Positions 34,673-45,129 of a DNA stretch of 62,098 bases are shown here, piece after piece. The notes below the pieces were generated by a model. It did no database searches, was not told where the DNA came from, and saw only the letters and a list, made by a program, of their open reading frames with translations. A program made the position numbers and the translations under genes. The stretch's first letter is position 1, and each line of letters begins with the position of its first letter. The stretch lies in the NCBI GenBank assembly GCA_024542975.1, contig JAMXCZ010000002.1:1-62098 (forward strand), written 5' to 3'. Source of the stretch: Candidatus Omnitrophota bacterium (GTDB lineage Bacteria > Omnitrophota > Gorgyraeia > JABMRN01 > RBG-13-46-9).

Positions 34673-35703
34673 TGGCAAAAACGGAAAGCGATGTATACGC
34701 AGTATTGTTGGCCGGAGGGAAGGGGACGCGCCTCTGGCCCCTGTCAACGCCGGATCGCTCCAAGTCTTTTATCCGTATAGGAAAGCGCCGGCCCCTCATA
34801 GAGGAAAGCCGGAAGCGGCTTCACGGGCTTATACCTGATAAAAACCTGATAATCGTGGTAGATAAAACCCAGGAAAGATTGGTAAGATCCCTTGTGAGGG
34901 GCGTTCCGAAGAAAAACATCCTGGTTGAGCCGTTCGGAAGGAGTACTGCGAGCGCAGCCGGGCTTGCGGCGATAGAGTTAAAAGATGAAGACATAATGGC
35001 GGTTTTACCGACCGATGCTTTGATAGAAGACGGAAACGCATTCAGGAAAACGTTAAAAGAGGCCATTCGGTTTGTCCGCGCTAAAGACGGGGTTATAATG
35101 TCCGTCGGGATTACGCCGACGGCGCCTTCTACGGCGTACGGTTATGTAAAATTACGGTCGCGGATAAAAGGAAAAATCTATTCAGTAAATAAATTCATTG
35201 AAAAGCCCAGCGGACGCTTGGCTGCCGCGCTCATAAAACGGCGGGATTCGGCCTGGAACGCGGGGATCTTTATTTTTAAAGCGAAAGATTTTCTGAATGC
35301 CTGCCGGTCGCATGCGCCCGTTCTTTACAGAGAACTTTTGCGCATAAAGAAAAATAAGAGAGAGAAACCTGCCTCGTACCGGCGTATGAAGAATATCTCG
35401 ATAGACTACCAGATCATGGAGAAAGCGAAAAACCTTTATTGCGTAAAAGGCACCTTTTGCTGGCGCGATTTAGGCAACTGGAGGAGCGCGATGGAAGTAT
35501 TAAAAAAAGATAAAAATGGAAACGCTGTGTTTGGCAAGGTAAATTTAGTAGATACCCGCAATTCAATAGTGTATAATACGCAAAAATCCACACTCGGTGT
35601 AATCGGCCTTGCGGACACCATAGTGGTATCCACTAAGAATGGCACGCTTGTGTGCGCTAAAAAAGATGCCGAAAAAGTAAAAGAACTCGCGGGCCTCGAA
35701 TAA
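34669..35703 (+). CDS. mannose-1-phosphate guanylyltransferase-like nucleotidyltransferase
   Basis: VLLAGGKGTRLWPLS, N-terminal NTP-transferase fold, 344 aa (no C-terminal cupin/PMI domain). Confidence 0.75.
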   Translation: MMAKTESDVYAVLLAGGKGTRLWPLSTPDRSKSFIRIGKRRPLIEESRKRLHGLIPDKNLIIVVDKTQERLVRSLVRGVPKKNILVEPFGRSTASAAGLAAIELKDEDIMAVLPTDALIEDGNAFRKTLKEAIRFVRAKDGVIMSVGITPTAPSTAYGYVKLRSRIKGKIYSVNKFIEKPSGRLAAALIKRRDSAWNAGIFIFKAKDFLNACRSHAPVLYRELLRIKKNKREKPASYRRMKNISIDYQIMEKAKNLYCVKGTFCWRDLGNWRSAMEVLKKDKNGNAVFGKVNLVDTRNSIVYNTQKSTLGVIGLADTIVVSTKNGTLVCAKKDAEKVKELAGLE

Positions 35704-36125
35704 TGCGGATACTCGGTTTAGATTTAGGCTCAAAGCGGATAGGTGTTGCTATAAGTGATCCTCTTGGTATTACAGCGCAAGGCCTCGATGTAATTGAACA
35801 GGGGGAAGGTGAAGAAGTCATCGAATACATTAAGGGCGTCGTAGCTCGCGAGGGCGTCTCGGAAATTGTAGTGGGCCTTCCGCTTAACATGAACGGCTCC
35901 CACGGCCCAAAGGCGCAGGAAGCCGAAGCCTTTGCGGATGGCCTTAGAGAAAAACTTAAGATCCCCGTAAAGCTGTGGGATGAGAGGCTAAGTACCATGG
36001 AAGTAGAACGCATCATGATTGCCGGCGGCGCTTCGCGAAACAAAAGAAAAAGAAAAAAAGACAAACTTGCCGCTCAGGTTATCCTGCAGAGCTACTTGAG
36101 CGCGCGAAAGACGTGTAATGGATGA
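35703..36125 (+). CDS. ruvX: Holliday-junction-resolvase-like pre-16S rRNA nuclease YqgF/RuvX
   Basis: MRILGLDLGSKRIGVAISD...VVGLPLNMNGS.G. Confidence 0.88.
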   Translation: MRILGLDLGSKRIGVAISDPLGITAQGLDVIEQGEGEEVIEYIKGVVAREGVSEIVVGLPLNMNGSHGPKAQEAEAFADGLREKLKIPVKLWDERLSTMEVERIMIAGGASRNKRKRKKDKLAAQVILQSYLSARKTCNG

Positions 36126-36144
36126 ATTAATGAGGGAGGCTTCT

Positions 36145-36172
36145 CTGTCATTCCCGCGAAAGCGGGAATCCA
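36145..36172 (+). repeat. third copy of the REP-like unit CTGTCATTCCCGCGAAAGCGGGAATCCA
   Basis: Same unit as 31989-32016. It generates the spurious ORF 35988..36173 (...RFRGNDR...). Confidence 0.85.
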
Positions 36173-36208
36173 TTACGAAACTACTTAAAAAATTAACATG
36201 AGGACGAA

Positions 36209-37477
36209 GTGCATAAAAAAACAGTTTTAAAGAACGGTTTAAAGATCATAACTTCACATATGCCGCATATGGAATCGGTTTCGATAGGCGTGTGGATCGG
36301 TGTGGGCGCGAGATACGAGGAAAAAAGGCTGTGCGGCATGAGCCATCTCATAGAGCACATGCTTTTCAAAGGGACACTCACTCGCGCGGCGAATGTGCTG
36401 AAGGAGGCAATAGAAGGTGTCGGCGGCAGCTTCAACGGGTTTACGAGCGAAGAGGCGACGTGTTATCTCGTAAAATTACCTTCGGTTTATACAAAACTGG
36501 GGCTTGACATTTTAAGCGACATGGTGCTTAACTCCAAGCTTGATCCGGCGGAGCTCGAGAAAGAAAAATACGTAATTTGCGAAGAGATAAAGATGTATAT
36601 GGACCATCCCGGGCATCACGTTTTTGACATTTTGGCCGAAACGATGTGGCCGAATCACGCCCTGGGCAGGCCGATTGCCGGCTACAACGATACTATAAAA
36701 AGATTCAAACGCGAAGATCTCACCGGCTTCATGAATAAATACTATGTGCCGGCTAACGTCTCCGTAGTCCTCTGCGGTAAACTGGGGAAAAGTGAAGAAT
36801 GCGTTTCCTTCTTAAAGAATACTTTCCGTAGGCCTTCCCCAAAAAGGAGTTTCTCGTACACTCCGGTGACAGTCGGGAGGAGCGCGCGCATAAAGCCCTG
36901 TTATAAGGACACAAAGCAATCTCATCTTGCCTTCGGGTTTCATAGCGCGCGGAGATCCCACCCCCTTAGATACGCGGTAGCAATTCTCAATATAATCCTG
37001 GGTGGCAACATGTCATCGAGGCTTTTTGAAAGGCTTAGAGAGCAAAATCCGCTTTGCTACGAAATATCTTCAAGCGTGAGAAGATATAAAGAGACGGGCG
37101 CTTTTGTCATACACGCAGGTATAGACAACGCGAAACTCGAGGAGGCAACGGCCGAAATTATCCGGGAACTCACGACGATAAAAGAAAATTGTGTAACGAA
37201 AGACGAACTGAAGCGCGCCAAGGAATACTTAAGCGGCCAGCTTCTTCTCGCGCTTGAGGACACCGCATCCAGAATGCTCTGGCTGGGCGAGAGAATAGTC
37301 CTGGAGGGAAAGGCGCCCGATCTTAAGAAGATCGTATACGGTGTAAACAAAGTTACCACAGAAGACGTAAAGTGCGCCGCAAACATGATTTTTAAAAAGA
37401 AAAATCTAAATTTCGCAACAATCGGCCCTGCCGGGAAAGATATCGGAAAAAAACTTAAAAAGCTGGTTGTCCTATGA
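36209..37477 (+). CDS. M16-family (insulinase/pitrilysin-like) zinc peptidase
   Basis: HLIEHMLFKGT (HxxEH), 422 aa, GTG start after GAGGA. Confidence 0.85.
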   Translation: MHKKTVLKNGLKIITSHMPHMESVSIGVWIGVGARYEEKRLCGMSHLIEHMLFKGTLTRAANVLKEAIEGVGGSFNGFTSEEATCYLVKLPSVYTKLGLDILSDMVLNSKLDPAELEKEKYVICEEIKMYMDHPGHHVFDILAETMWPNHALGRPIAGYNDTIKRFKREDLTGFMNKYYVPANVSVVLCGKLGKSEECVSFLKNTFRRPSPKRSFSYTPVTVGRSARIKPCYKDTKQSHLAFGFHSARRSHPLRYAVAILNIILGGNMSSRLFERLREQNPLCYEISSSVRRYKETGAFVIHAGIDNAKLEEATAEIIRELTTIKENCVTKDELKRAKEYLSGQLLLALEDTASRMLWLGERIVLEGKAPDLKKIVYGVNKVTTEDVKCAANMIFKKKNLNFATIGPAGKDIGKKLKKLVVL

Positions 37478-37501
37478 TATGTATGGCAAAGAGGAGGTAA
37501 G

Positions 37502-38947
37502 ATGTCCCTTATTAAGTTCGGAACGGATGGATGGAGAGCGGTGATAAGCGAGGATTTCACTTTCGAAAATGTAAAAATCGTAGCGCAGGCAATCGCGGAT
37601 TACGTAAAGAGTCAAAAGAAGAAGCTCAAAAAGAAAAACTCCGAAGTCTTCGGCAGAAAGTATGCTTTGGTTGTAGGGTATGATACGCGTTTTTTGTCGG
37701 AAAAATACGGAGAGCTCATCTCCTGCGTGCTTGCCGCGAACGGCATAAAAACGCTTCTCGCGTCCGGCCCTACGCCCACGCCCTCGGTCAGTTTCAGCAT
37801 AAGGAAGAGGCGCTTTTTTGGGGGCGTCATGGTGACGGCAAGTCATAACCCGGCCCGCTATAACGGAATAAAATATAAATGCCATTTTGGCGCTTCTGCC
37901 GGCAAGGACATAACGGATAAGATTGAATTGTTGCTCTACAAGTCAAAAGTGCAATTTATGGACAAAAAGCAGGCTATTGCAAAAAAACTGCTTGAAACCA
38001 CGGATATAGTTCTCCCTCACCTTGCGGCCATAAAAAAGTACGCGCGGCTCGACCTTCTCAAAAAAACCGGTTTCAAAATACTGATAGACAGCATGAACGG
38101 CGCCGGAGCAAAATACATAGAAGGCCTGCTTCAGGGCACGAATAATAAAGTTACAACTATAAATGGCGCGCGGGACGCGTATTTCGGCGGAAGAGCGCCC
38201 GAGCCCAACGAGGGGATCCTCGAGAGCACAGGGAAGATCGTAAAAAAAGGGCGCTTTGCGGTGGGGCTCGCTACCGATGGGGATGCAGACAGGCTTGGCG
38301 TTATGCTTCCGAGCGGCAAGGTTTTGAGCGGGCACAAGGTCATGACACTTCTACTGCTCTATATGCTGGAGGACCGTGGCATGAAAGGCGGCGTAGTTCA
38401 GACCATTTGCGGAACTGCGCTCATTGATAAGATCTCCAGGGCATACAGCCTCAAGACTTACGAAACCTCCGTCGGCTTTAAATACATAGCCGATGTAATA
38501 AATAAAAAAGACATACTGGTAGGGGGAGAGGAAACGGGAGGCATTGCGGTAAAAGGCTGGCTTCCAGAGAGGGACGGCATACTGTCTGCGATTCTCATCT
38601 TAGAGATGATGGCAAAGAGGAAGCAGAGCCTGACAGAGATCCTGAAAAAGATAGATGCCTCTTACGGGACGTATGTGTATAAGCGCCTGGATCTTCGCCT
38701 CCGCAGGGACAAAAAGAAAAGGCTTCTTTCGGCATTAAAGAAAAAGCCATTCAGGAAAATACTGGAGAAGAGTGTAGTCACGATCAAGTCATACGATGGT
38801 TTTAAGTTTATACGCTCGGACGGAAGTTGGCTTATGCTGCGCCCCTCCGGCACTGAGCCGAAGTTACGCATATATTCGGAGGCGCGGAACGAGAAAGAGG
38901 CGCTTCGGCTCGTAGAATTCGGCAAGAAATTCGCATTAAAAATATGA
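37502..38947 (+). CDS. alpha-D-phosphohexomutase (phosphoglucomutase/phosphomannomutase family)
   Basis: TASHNPARYNGIK (active-site Ser loop), ATDGDADR (Mg loop), GGEETGG (sugar loop). Confidence 0.88.
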   Translation: MSLIKFGTDGWRAVISEDFTFENVKIVAQAIADYVKSQKKKLKKKNSEVFGRKYALVVGYDTRFLSEKYGELISCVLAANGIKTLLASGPTPTPSVSFSIRKRRFFGGVMVTASHNPARYNGIKYKCHFGASAGKDITDKIELLLYKSKVQFMDKKQAIAKKLLETTDIVLPHLAAIKKYARLDLLKKTGFKILIDSMNGAGAKYIEGLLQGTNNKVTTINGARDAYFGGRAPEPNEGILESTGKIVKKGRFAVGLATDGDADRLGVMLPSGKVLSGHKVMTLLLLYMLEDRGMKGGVVQTICGTALIDKISRAYSLKTYETSVGFKYIADVINKKDILVGGEETGGIAVKGWLPERDGILSAILILEMMAKRKQSLTEILKKIDASYGTYVYKRLDLRLRRDKKKRLLSALKKKPFRKILEKSVVTIKSYDGFKFIRSDGSWLMLRPSGTEPKLRIYSEARNEKEALRLVEFGKKFALKI

Positions 38948-39504
38948 CAAAACTTATACTTGTAAGGCACGGCGGGACGGATTGGGAGAGGAAGAAGCGT
39001 ATAAGGGGCGCTGTGGACATTCCTCTCGACAATGAAGGCACGATAGAGGCCCAAAAGATTTCGGGCGAGCTTGCAAAAACTAAAATAGACGCTATCTATT
39101 CAAGCTGCGCCTCATGCAGCTTTTCTACGGCGAGTGAAATAGCAAAGTCCCGGAATCTCAAGGTAAAAAAGATTCGCGAACTTAAAGAGTTGGATCTCGG
39201 CCTGTGGCAGGGGTTATGTGTTACCGATGTCAAGAAGCGCTACAGGAAGCAGTATGCCGCCTGGCGAAATTCTCCGACTTCTGTCCAGCCCCCGAAGGGC
39301 GAATCCGCGAAAGACGCTTTCGACAGAACGATAAGCGCGCTCCATAAAATAGTCGACCGGCATAAAGACGGCAACGTATGCGTTGTCTCCGGCAGCATGA
39401 CCCTCTCTATCATGAAATGCTATCTTAAAAACGTTAACATTGAAACAATATGGAAGTCACTTCCTGAGCAGACATGGTGGGAGAAGCTCGAGTTTGAGAG
39501 ATGA
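38944..39504 (+). CDS. histidine phosphatase family protein (phosphoglycerate-mutase-like)
   Basis: [12 protein letters not shown] (RHG motif), 186 aa. Confidence 0.75.
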   Translation: MTKLILVRHGGTDWERKKRIRGAVDIPLDNEGTIEAQKISGELAKTKIDAIYSSCASCSFSTASEIAKSRNLKVKKIRELKELDLGLWQGLCVTDVKKRYRKQYAAWRNSPTSVQPPKGESAKDAFDRTISALHKIVDRHKDGNVCVVSGSMTLSIMKCYLKNVNIETIWKSLPEQTWWEKLEFER

Positions 39505-41294
39505 AAAAAGATTTAATAAGAAATTTTTCGATAATAGCGCATATTGACCACGGCAAATCAACCCTTGCGGACCGCATAATGGAATTTACCAACGCCATAT
39601 CAAAAAGGGAGTTTCGCAACCAGATCCTGGATGATATGGACCTGGAAAAAGAGCGCGGCATAACGATAAAGGCGAGCGCCGTAAGAATTGAATATAAGGC
39701 GAAAAACGGCAAAACTTATTGCCTGAACCTCATAGATACGCCCGGGCACGTAGATTTTACGTATGAAGTTTCCAAATCGACAGCTGCATGTGAAGGGGCG
39801 TTGCTTCTTGTGGACGCCTCCCAGGGTGTAGAGGCGCAGACAGTGGCGAACCTCTATTTGGCCATGGAGCACAACCTTACCATTATCCCTGTTATAAATA
39901 AGATAGACCTCGCAAGCGCGGATGTGGACAAGGTGAAGAAGCAGATAGAGGGTATACTGGGCCTCAAAAAAGACGATATACTACTTGCGAGCGCTAAAGA
40001 AGGCCGCGGCACTGAAGACATACTCGAGAAGATCGTAGAAAAGATTCCCTCTCCACGCGGTGATGCTTCAAACCCCCTACAGGCCCTTATCTTTGATTCG
40101 AGATTTGATATATATAAGGGGGCTGTCCTTTTTGTAAGATTGGTAAATGGCGTTGTCAAAAAAGGCATGCACGTTAAGACAATGAATAGCGGCAAGGTTT
40201 ACGAGGTAAAGGAAGTGGGTGTATTCAAGCCGAAACCGAGCGAAATCGGTACCCTTGCCTGCGGTGAAGTCGGATATATCTCTTGCAGCATAAGGGATGC
40301 GCGGGAAGTCATAATCGGTGACACCGTAACGGACAGCAAGAATCCGGCAGCGAGTGCGCTTCCCGGATATAGAAAGGTAACCCCGATGGTGTATTGCGGC
40401 ATATATCCGGTGACGCCGAAAGATTTTCCTGCGTTGAAGGACGCTGTGGCAAAGATGAAACTGCAGGACGCGTCTTTTATATTTGAGCCGGAGTCCTCCA
40501 CTGCCTTAGGGATGGGGTTCAGGTGCGGTTTCCTGGGACTTCTCCACATGGAAATCATCCAGGAGCGGCTTGAGCGGGAATACGACCTAAACCTTGTGAT
40601 CACGACCCCCAGCGTCATATATGAAGTGAAGCTTAAAAACGGTGACATATTGAAAGTCGATAACCCTGCCAAGTTTCCCAAGCCCGACTTGCTCGAATGG
40701 ACACGCGAGCCATTCGCGCACGTTTTCATCATTGTTCCGAAAGAATCGATCGGAGATGTTATGAAGTTGGCGGAGTCAAGGCGCGCGGTTTACAGTAGCA
40801 CGGAATTTCTCGATGAGGAAAGAGTAAAACTGGTTTACGAGATGCCGATAGCGGAGATCATAACAGACTTCTATGATATCATAAAGTCGCTTACCAAAGG
40901 CTACGGGTCTCTTGATTATGAAATGATAGATTACAGGCCCGCCGAGGTGGTTAAGCTCAATATACTCATAAACGGCGACATTGTAGACGCGCTCTCGCTT
41001 CTCGTCAACAAAGAAAAGGTTCATTTCAAAGGAAGATCCATAGTCAAAAAACTAAAGGAAACTATACCGCGGCATCTATTTAAGATCGCTGTCCAGGCTG
41101 CCATAGGAGGCAAGATCATAGCGCGGGAAGACATAAGCGCCCTCGGCAAGCACGTTACGGGCAAGTGTTACGGAGGCGATATAACGCGGAAGAGAAAATT
41201 GTGGGAGAAGCAGAAGGCAGGCAAAAAACGCATGAAGCAATTCGGAAAGATCCAGATCCCGCAGGAGGCGTTCTTTGCTGCCCTTAAAGCATAA
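39501..41294 (+). CDS. lepA: translation elongation factor 4 (LepA)
   Basis: [28 protein letters not shown], and a conserved LepA C-terminus. Confidence 0.96.
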   Translation: MKKDLIRNFSIIAHIDHGKSTLADRIMEFTNAISKREFRNQILDDMDLEKERGITIKASAVRIEYKAKNGKTYCLNLIDTPGHVDFTYEVSKSTAACEGALLLVDASQGVEAQTVANLYLAMEHNLTIIPVINKIDLASADVDKVKKQIEGILGLKKDDILLASAKEGRGTEDILEKIVEKIPSPRGDASNPLQALIFDSRFDIYKGAVLFVRLVNGVVKKGMHVKTMNSGKVYEVKEVGVFKPKPSEIGTLACGEVGYISCSIRDAREVIIGDTVTDSKNPAASALPGYRKVTPMVYCGIYPVTPKDFPALKDAVAKMKLQDASFIFEPESSTALGMGFRCGFLGLLHMEIIQERLEREYDLNLVITTPSVIYEVKLKNGDILKVDNPAKFPKPDLLEWTREPFAHVFIIVPKESIGDVMKLAESRRAVYSSTEFLDEERVKLVYEMPIAEIITDFYDIIKSLTKGYGSLDYEMIDYRPAEVVKLNILINGDIVDALSLLVNKEKVHFKGRSIVKKLKETIPRHLFKIAVQAAIGGKIIAREDISALGKHVTGKCYGGDITRKRKLWEKQKAGKKRMKQFGKIQIPQEAFFAALKA

Positions 41295-41312
41295 CCGAAC
41301 AAGTGAGGATAC

Positions 41313-41897
41313 ATGACCAAATACAAAACCTGGAAATACTGGCTCGAGGAATGGATAAAGCCGGTCCTATACGCGCTTATCATCGCTTTTTTCATAAGGA
41401 CGTTTGTCGCGCAGCCATTCAAAATACCTACCTCGTCCATGGTTCCGACATTCAAGCCCGGAGACAGGATATTTGTCAATAAATTCGTATACGGGACGAA
41501 AATACCTTTTACGGATATAAATATCATGAAGCTTAAGGAGCCCGAGAGGGGGGATATCATAGTATTTACCTCACCTGTGGAGTCGAAGAAATATCTGGTG
41601 AAAAGGCTGATAGGGAAACCGGGAGATACGGTTGAAATAAAAAATCAGCACATAAGAATAAATGGAAAACCCATAGAGGAACCCCTGGTTTTAAAACGGA
41701 ACCTTTATTATAACCGTGGAGAATACGGAAAGGCGGGACATCCCATAACTGTCCCTCGGGGTTTTTACTATACCCTGGGCGACAACAGCCTGAATTCCGT
41801 AGATTCCCGATACTGGGGTTTTGTGCCGGCTAAGAACATTGCGGGAAAGGTTTTTCTCATACACTGGCCGCTTAAAAGGATTCGGGTTATTAAGTAA
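41313..41897 (+). CDS. lepB: signal peptidase I
   Basis: IPTSSMVPTF (Ser box), VKRLIG (Lys box), GDNSLNSVDSRYWGFV. Confidence 0.92.
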   Translation: MTKYKTWKYWLEEWIKPVLYALIIAFFIRTFVAQPFKIPTSSMVPTFKPGDRIFVNKFVYGTKIPFTDINIMKLKEPERGDIIVFTSPVESKKYLVKRLIGKPGDTVEIKNQHIRINGKPIEEPLVLKRNLYYNRGEYGKAGHPITVPRGFYYTLGDNSLNSVDSRYWGFVPAKNIAGKVFLIHWPLKRIRVIK

Positions 41898-41910
41898 GGC
41901 GTAAGAAAAT

Positions 41911-42441
41911 ATGAATATTGCCAACAAAATCACTATTCTCAGGATACTTCTAATACCTCTTTTTATATCGTTTATTCTCTACTCGAAATGGGACCTTGCG
42001 CTTCTCGTGTTTTTCGTGGCGGCGATTTCGGACGCTGTTGACGGCTATGTTGCGCGGGCCCTCTCTCAGAGGACGGAACTCGGCAAGATTCTCGACCCAA
42101 TCGCAGATAAACTTCTCATTTTGAGTGCCTTTATATGTTTTAGTGTTACCACAAACCCGCCGATGCATCTAAAGCTCCCCGTATATGTGCCGATTATAAT
42201 AATCTCAAGGGACGCTATTATTGTTCTCGGTGCGCTCGTCATCTTTTTTGTAAAAAAGGAGCTTGAAGTAAAACCCACGATGATAGGCAAAGTAACGACT
42301 TTTTTTCAGATGGCCACAGTTATAGCTATTCTTCTAAAGACGCCGGTATCACCCGTCTTATGGAACATTGCCGTAGGTCTTACAATTGCCTCAGGCATCG
42401 ATTACATCATAAAGGGAAGTAGGGTCCTCGGTGAGAAATAA
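41911..42441 (+). CDS. pgsA: CDP-diacylglycerol--glycerol-3-phosphate 3-phosphatidyltransferase
   Basis: CDP-alcohol phosphotransferase motif DAVDGYVAR...G..LDPIADK. Confidence 0.85.
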   Translation: MNIANKITILRILLIPLFISFILYSKWDLALLVFFVAAISDAVDGYVARALSQRTELGKILDPIADKLLILSAFICFSVTTNPPMHLKLPVYVPIIIISRDAIIVLGALVIFFVKKELEVKPTMIGKVTTFFQMATVIAILLKTPVSPVLWNIAVGLTIASGIDYIIKGSRVLGEK

Positions 42442-43765
42442 CACAGTCCCTACGGTTTCCATTGTGGGTAGGCCCAATGTGGGCAAGTCCAGCCTTTTTA
42501 ACAGGATTGCCGGGAAGAGGGTTGCTGTGGTTTTCGAGGAAGAGGGCACGACCAGAGACAGGAATGAGCACTGCGTAAAGATAGGGGACAAAAACTTAAA
42601 TCTAGTGGACACCGGAGGCTTTCCCGCCCGCGGCGCAGGCGAAATAGAGGCCTTGATTAAAAAGCAGATCGAGAAGGCCGTAGCGTCCTCGGATGTCCTT
42701 CTCTTTGTCTCGGACGGTGAAAGCGGGCTACTGCCGCTTGACCTTGACCTGGCTGAAGTGCTGCGCAAATCCGGCAAAAAGGTAATATTGGTCGTAAATA
42801 AAGTAGACAATGAAAAAAGGGAAGAAAATCTCACGGATTTTTACGAACTGGGGTTGGGGGACGTTTTTGCGATTTCATGCCTTCATAACATGGGACTTAA
42901 AAAGCTGATCCTGCGGATAAAAGAGTCCGTGCCGGATCATGCAGCCGACGCCGTAGAAAAAAGGCGTCCGATAAAAATCGCAATTGTAGGGAGGCCCAAT
43001 GTCGGTAAATCCTCCTTTCTTAATAAAGTCTTGGACGAGGAAAGGGCACTTGTCCACGAAAAACCCGGAACGACCAGGGACTCCATAGATAGCTACTTTG
43101 AGAAGGACGGGATCCTGTTTTTACTTATCGATACGGCAGGTATGAGGCATAAGAGGAAGGTAAAAAAAGCGGTTGATGCTTACAGCATGATGCGGTCAAA
43201 GGGCGCCATTGCGGATTCGGACGTTGCGCTTCTTTTGATTGACGGGCTCGAAGGCGTAACAGGAGACGACGTAAAGATTTTTGAGTACATTCGGAAAGAG
43301 GGGAAGGGATGCGCAATAATTGTAAACAAGTGGGACCTGGTGAAGGGCATAGAGACGTCAAGGTACGTACGGGCGATATTACGCAGGATACCCGACGCGA
43401 AAAAATTTCCCATCGCGTTTATATCCGCGAAAACCGGAAAACGGGCGCTTGAGGCTTTTAACCTGACTCTGGCTATCAAAACAAATTTAGACCTTTTCAT
43501 AAATGCGGCCACCTTAAAGATGTTTTTGAAACAGGCAAATCCCGCGGGCGTTTCGATTTCCCATCGAAAAAAAATCCCGAAGTTTTTCTATATGACACAG
43601 GCGAACGTTTTTCCCAAGGAATTTTTTGTATTTGTAAATAACACTGAAATTGTAACCCACGCCCACACCGCGTTTATCGAAAACAGGCTGCGGGAAGAAT
43701 TCCCGCTTTCCGGCGTGCCGATTCGGATAAAATACCGAAGGCTTGGAAGAAAAAGGAGTGGTTGA
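42431..43765 (+). CDS. der: ribosome-associated GTPase Der/EngA (two G domains + KH-like domain)
   Basis: Two GRPNVGKSS P-loops (IVGRPNVGKSSLFN and IVGRPNVGKSSFLN). Confidence 0.93.
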   Translation: MRNNTVPTVSIVGRPNVGKSSLFNRIAGKRVAVVFEEEGTTRDRNEHCVKIGDKNLNLVDTGGFPARGAGEIEALIKKQIEKAVASSDVLLFVSDGESGLLPLDLDLAEVLRKSGKKVILVVNKVDNEKREENLTDFYELGLGDVFAISCLHNMGLKKLILRIKESVPDHAADAVEKRRPIKIAIVGRPNVGKSSFLNKVLDEERALVHEKPGTTRDSIDSYFEKDGILFLLIDTAGMRHKRKVKKAVDAYSMMRSKGAIADSDVALLLIDGLEGVTGDDVKIFEYIRKEGKGCAIIVNKWDLVKGIETSRYVRAILRRIPDAKKFPIAFISAKTGKRALEAFNLTLAIKTNLDLFINAATLKMFLKQANPAGVSISHRKKIPKFFYMTQANVFPKEFFVFVNNTEIVTHAHTAFIENRLREEFPLSGVPIRIKYRRLGRKRSG

Positions 43766-43769
43766 TAGT

Positions 43770-44381
43770 ATGATAGCATTTGTGGTATCGCTTTTTTTTG
43801 CGTATCTCGTAGGCTCAATACCGACAAGTTTTATATTCGGAAAATTACTGAAGAAGGTGGACATAACCAAGCACGGTAGCGGCAATGCGGGCGCCACAAA
43901 TGTCTTTCGCGTAGTCGGAAAAATTCCGGCCGTTATCGTCCTTGCGCTCGACATTTTTAAGGGTATTTTCTCGGTTGCATTTTTACCGTATATCTTTTTC
44001 AATAATTATATCGGCATAACCATGGGGTTCGGTGTTTACAAGATACTGTTAGGCGCCGCCGTCATAACCGGGCACGTGTGGAGCGTATTTTTGAAAGGAA
44101 AAGGCGGCAAGGGGGTCGCTACGACGGCGGGTGTGCTCATGGTGCTGGCGCCGAAAGTATTTACGGCCAGTCTGGGTGTCTGGCTTATCACTTTTTCGCT
44201 TTTCAGGGTCATTTCAGTCGCGTCCGTAACAGCGTCCGTATTTCTTCCTATAGCGGCAATACTTTTCCGCTTACCCATGCATAATGTTTTATTTTTCGTA
44301 TTTTTATGCATACTATCGACCTATAAGCACAAAGCCAATATACGGCGCCTGTTGCGGGGAGAGGAAAAGAGATTATTTTGA
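43770..44381 (+). CDS. plsY: glycerol-3-phosphate acyltransferase PlsY
   Basis: YLVGSIPTS..., GSGNAGATNV. ATG 43770 lies after the der stop. Confidence 0.9.
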   Translation: MIAFVVSLFFAYLVGSIPTSFIFGKLLKKVDITKHGSGNAGATNVFRVVGKIPAVIVLALDIFKGIFSVAFLPYIFFNNYIGITMGFGVYKILLGAAVITGHVWSVFLKGKGGKGVATTAGVLMVLAPKVFTASLGVWLITFSLFRVISVASVTASVFLPIAAILFRLPMHNVLFFVFLCILSTYKHKANIRRLLRGEEKRLF

Positions 44382-44392
44382 AGGAACAGGTT

Positions 44393-44571
44393 GCTATGGG
44401 GAAGATTGTAACATGGGAACGTTTCCCTTCGCCATAACCCCTTATCCTACAAACACTTACATGCAATACAATTGCAATTTTCAGCGAGGTTCAGCGCCTG
44501 AAAATTGCAATCGTATCACTCGTAACGGTATATACAGTAATGGGTTACGGCAATGCGAAATGCCCCCATGC
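44393..44571 (+). other. putative multi-stem structured region downstream of plsY
   Basis: Closing helix GCTATGGGG/CCCCATGC. Internal hairpins: GGGAA-cgt-TTCCC (44415-27), a 14-bp stem ATTGCAATTTTCAG/CTGAAAATTGCAAT (44470-44511), and CGTAAC/GTTACG (44521-50). Confidence 0.35.
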
Positions 44572-44623
44572 TAAAAATGGCCGATTTCAACCGATTAGAG
44601 TATAAAAAAGGTAGTTTCACGAT

Positions 44624-44652
44624 TTGACTATCCAGAGTTAGTCAGGTATACT
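44624..44652 (+). promoter_or_regulatory. near-consensus sigma70 promoter, TTGACT-17-TATACT
   Basis: Hexamers at 44624-29 and 44647-52. Confidence 0.6.
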
Positions 44653-44680
44653 ATAGGTAGAAAATTAAACAGTAAGCGTC

Positions 44681-44710
44681 GCAGCTTTCAGCGCTGAAGG
44701 CGCATTTTTT
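44681..44710 (+). terminator. intrinsic-terminator-like hairpin + T6, about 25 nt downstream of the predicted start site
   Basis: GC(A)GCTTTC-agcgct-GAAGGCGC followed by ATTTTTT. Confidence 0.5.
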
Positions 44711-44761
44711 ATCCGATTTAAGTAAAAAGATTTAAAAAGTTTTTGATGGAAGGAACCTGAA

Positions 44762-45124
44762 ATGAGAGAGATTATATTCAAAAACTTAAATACGCCGCGC
44801 GCCAACAAACGTGATATTTCCATGGAGGAGATCGTGGAGAGGGACGGGGTGGTGTCTTCTACGAAAAAACGCTCGATGTATTTCGTGCGTGAAGTCCACC
44901 ACATGAAAACCCACGATGCGCTCCAAAAATGGGTGGCGAACAGACAAAAATCTCCCGGCTTGGGTAAGAAATTTTTCCATATTTTGCATAAATACTCTAC
45001 GAAAGATCACGAGGATAAACTGGTCTGCAAGATGCGCGGATCGTTTTGCATAATTTCAGACAAGGATGTTTACGACATAGTTTTTGTGCATGCGATAAAA
45101 ATCTGCATTCACAAAACGGAATAG
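44762..45124 (+). CDS. hypothetical protein (120 aa, His/Lys-rich), orphan
   Basis: ATG lies after GGAAGGA. I recognise no domain. Confidence 0.45.
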   Translation: MREIIFKNLNTPRANKRDISMEEIVERDGVVSSTKKRSMYFVREVHHMKTHDALQKWVANRQKSPGLGKKFFHILHKYSTKDHEDKLVCKMRGSFCIISDKDVYDIVFVHAIKICIHKTE

Positions 45125-45129
45125 GAAAC

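Noticed and set aside
35988-36173. 61-aa minus-strand ORF 'MDSRFRGNDREASL...'.
   Set aside because: It is generated by the REP-like palindromic unit and overlaps the ruvX 3' end. It is a known type of annotation artefact.
44284-44574. 96-aa plus-strand ORF overlapping the plsY 3' end, and 72-aa minus-strand ORF 44248..44466.
   Set aside because: Both overlap plsY out of frame or antisense, lack an SD, and are Cys/Gly/Tyr-rich with a nonsense-like composition.
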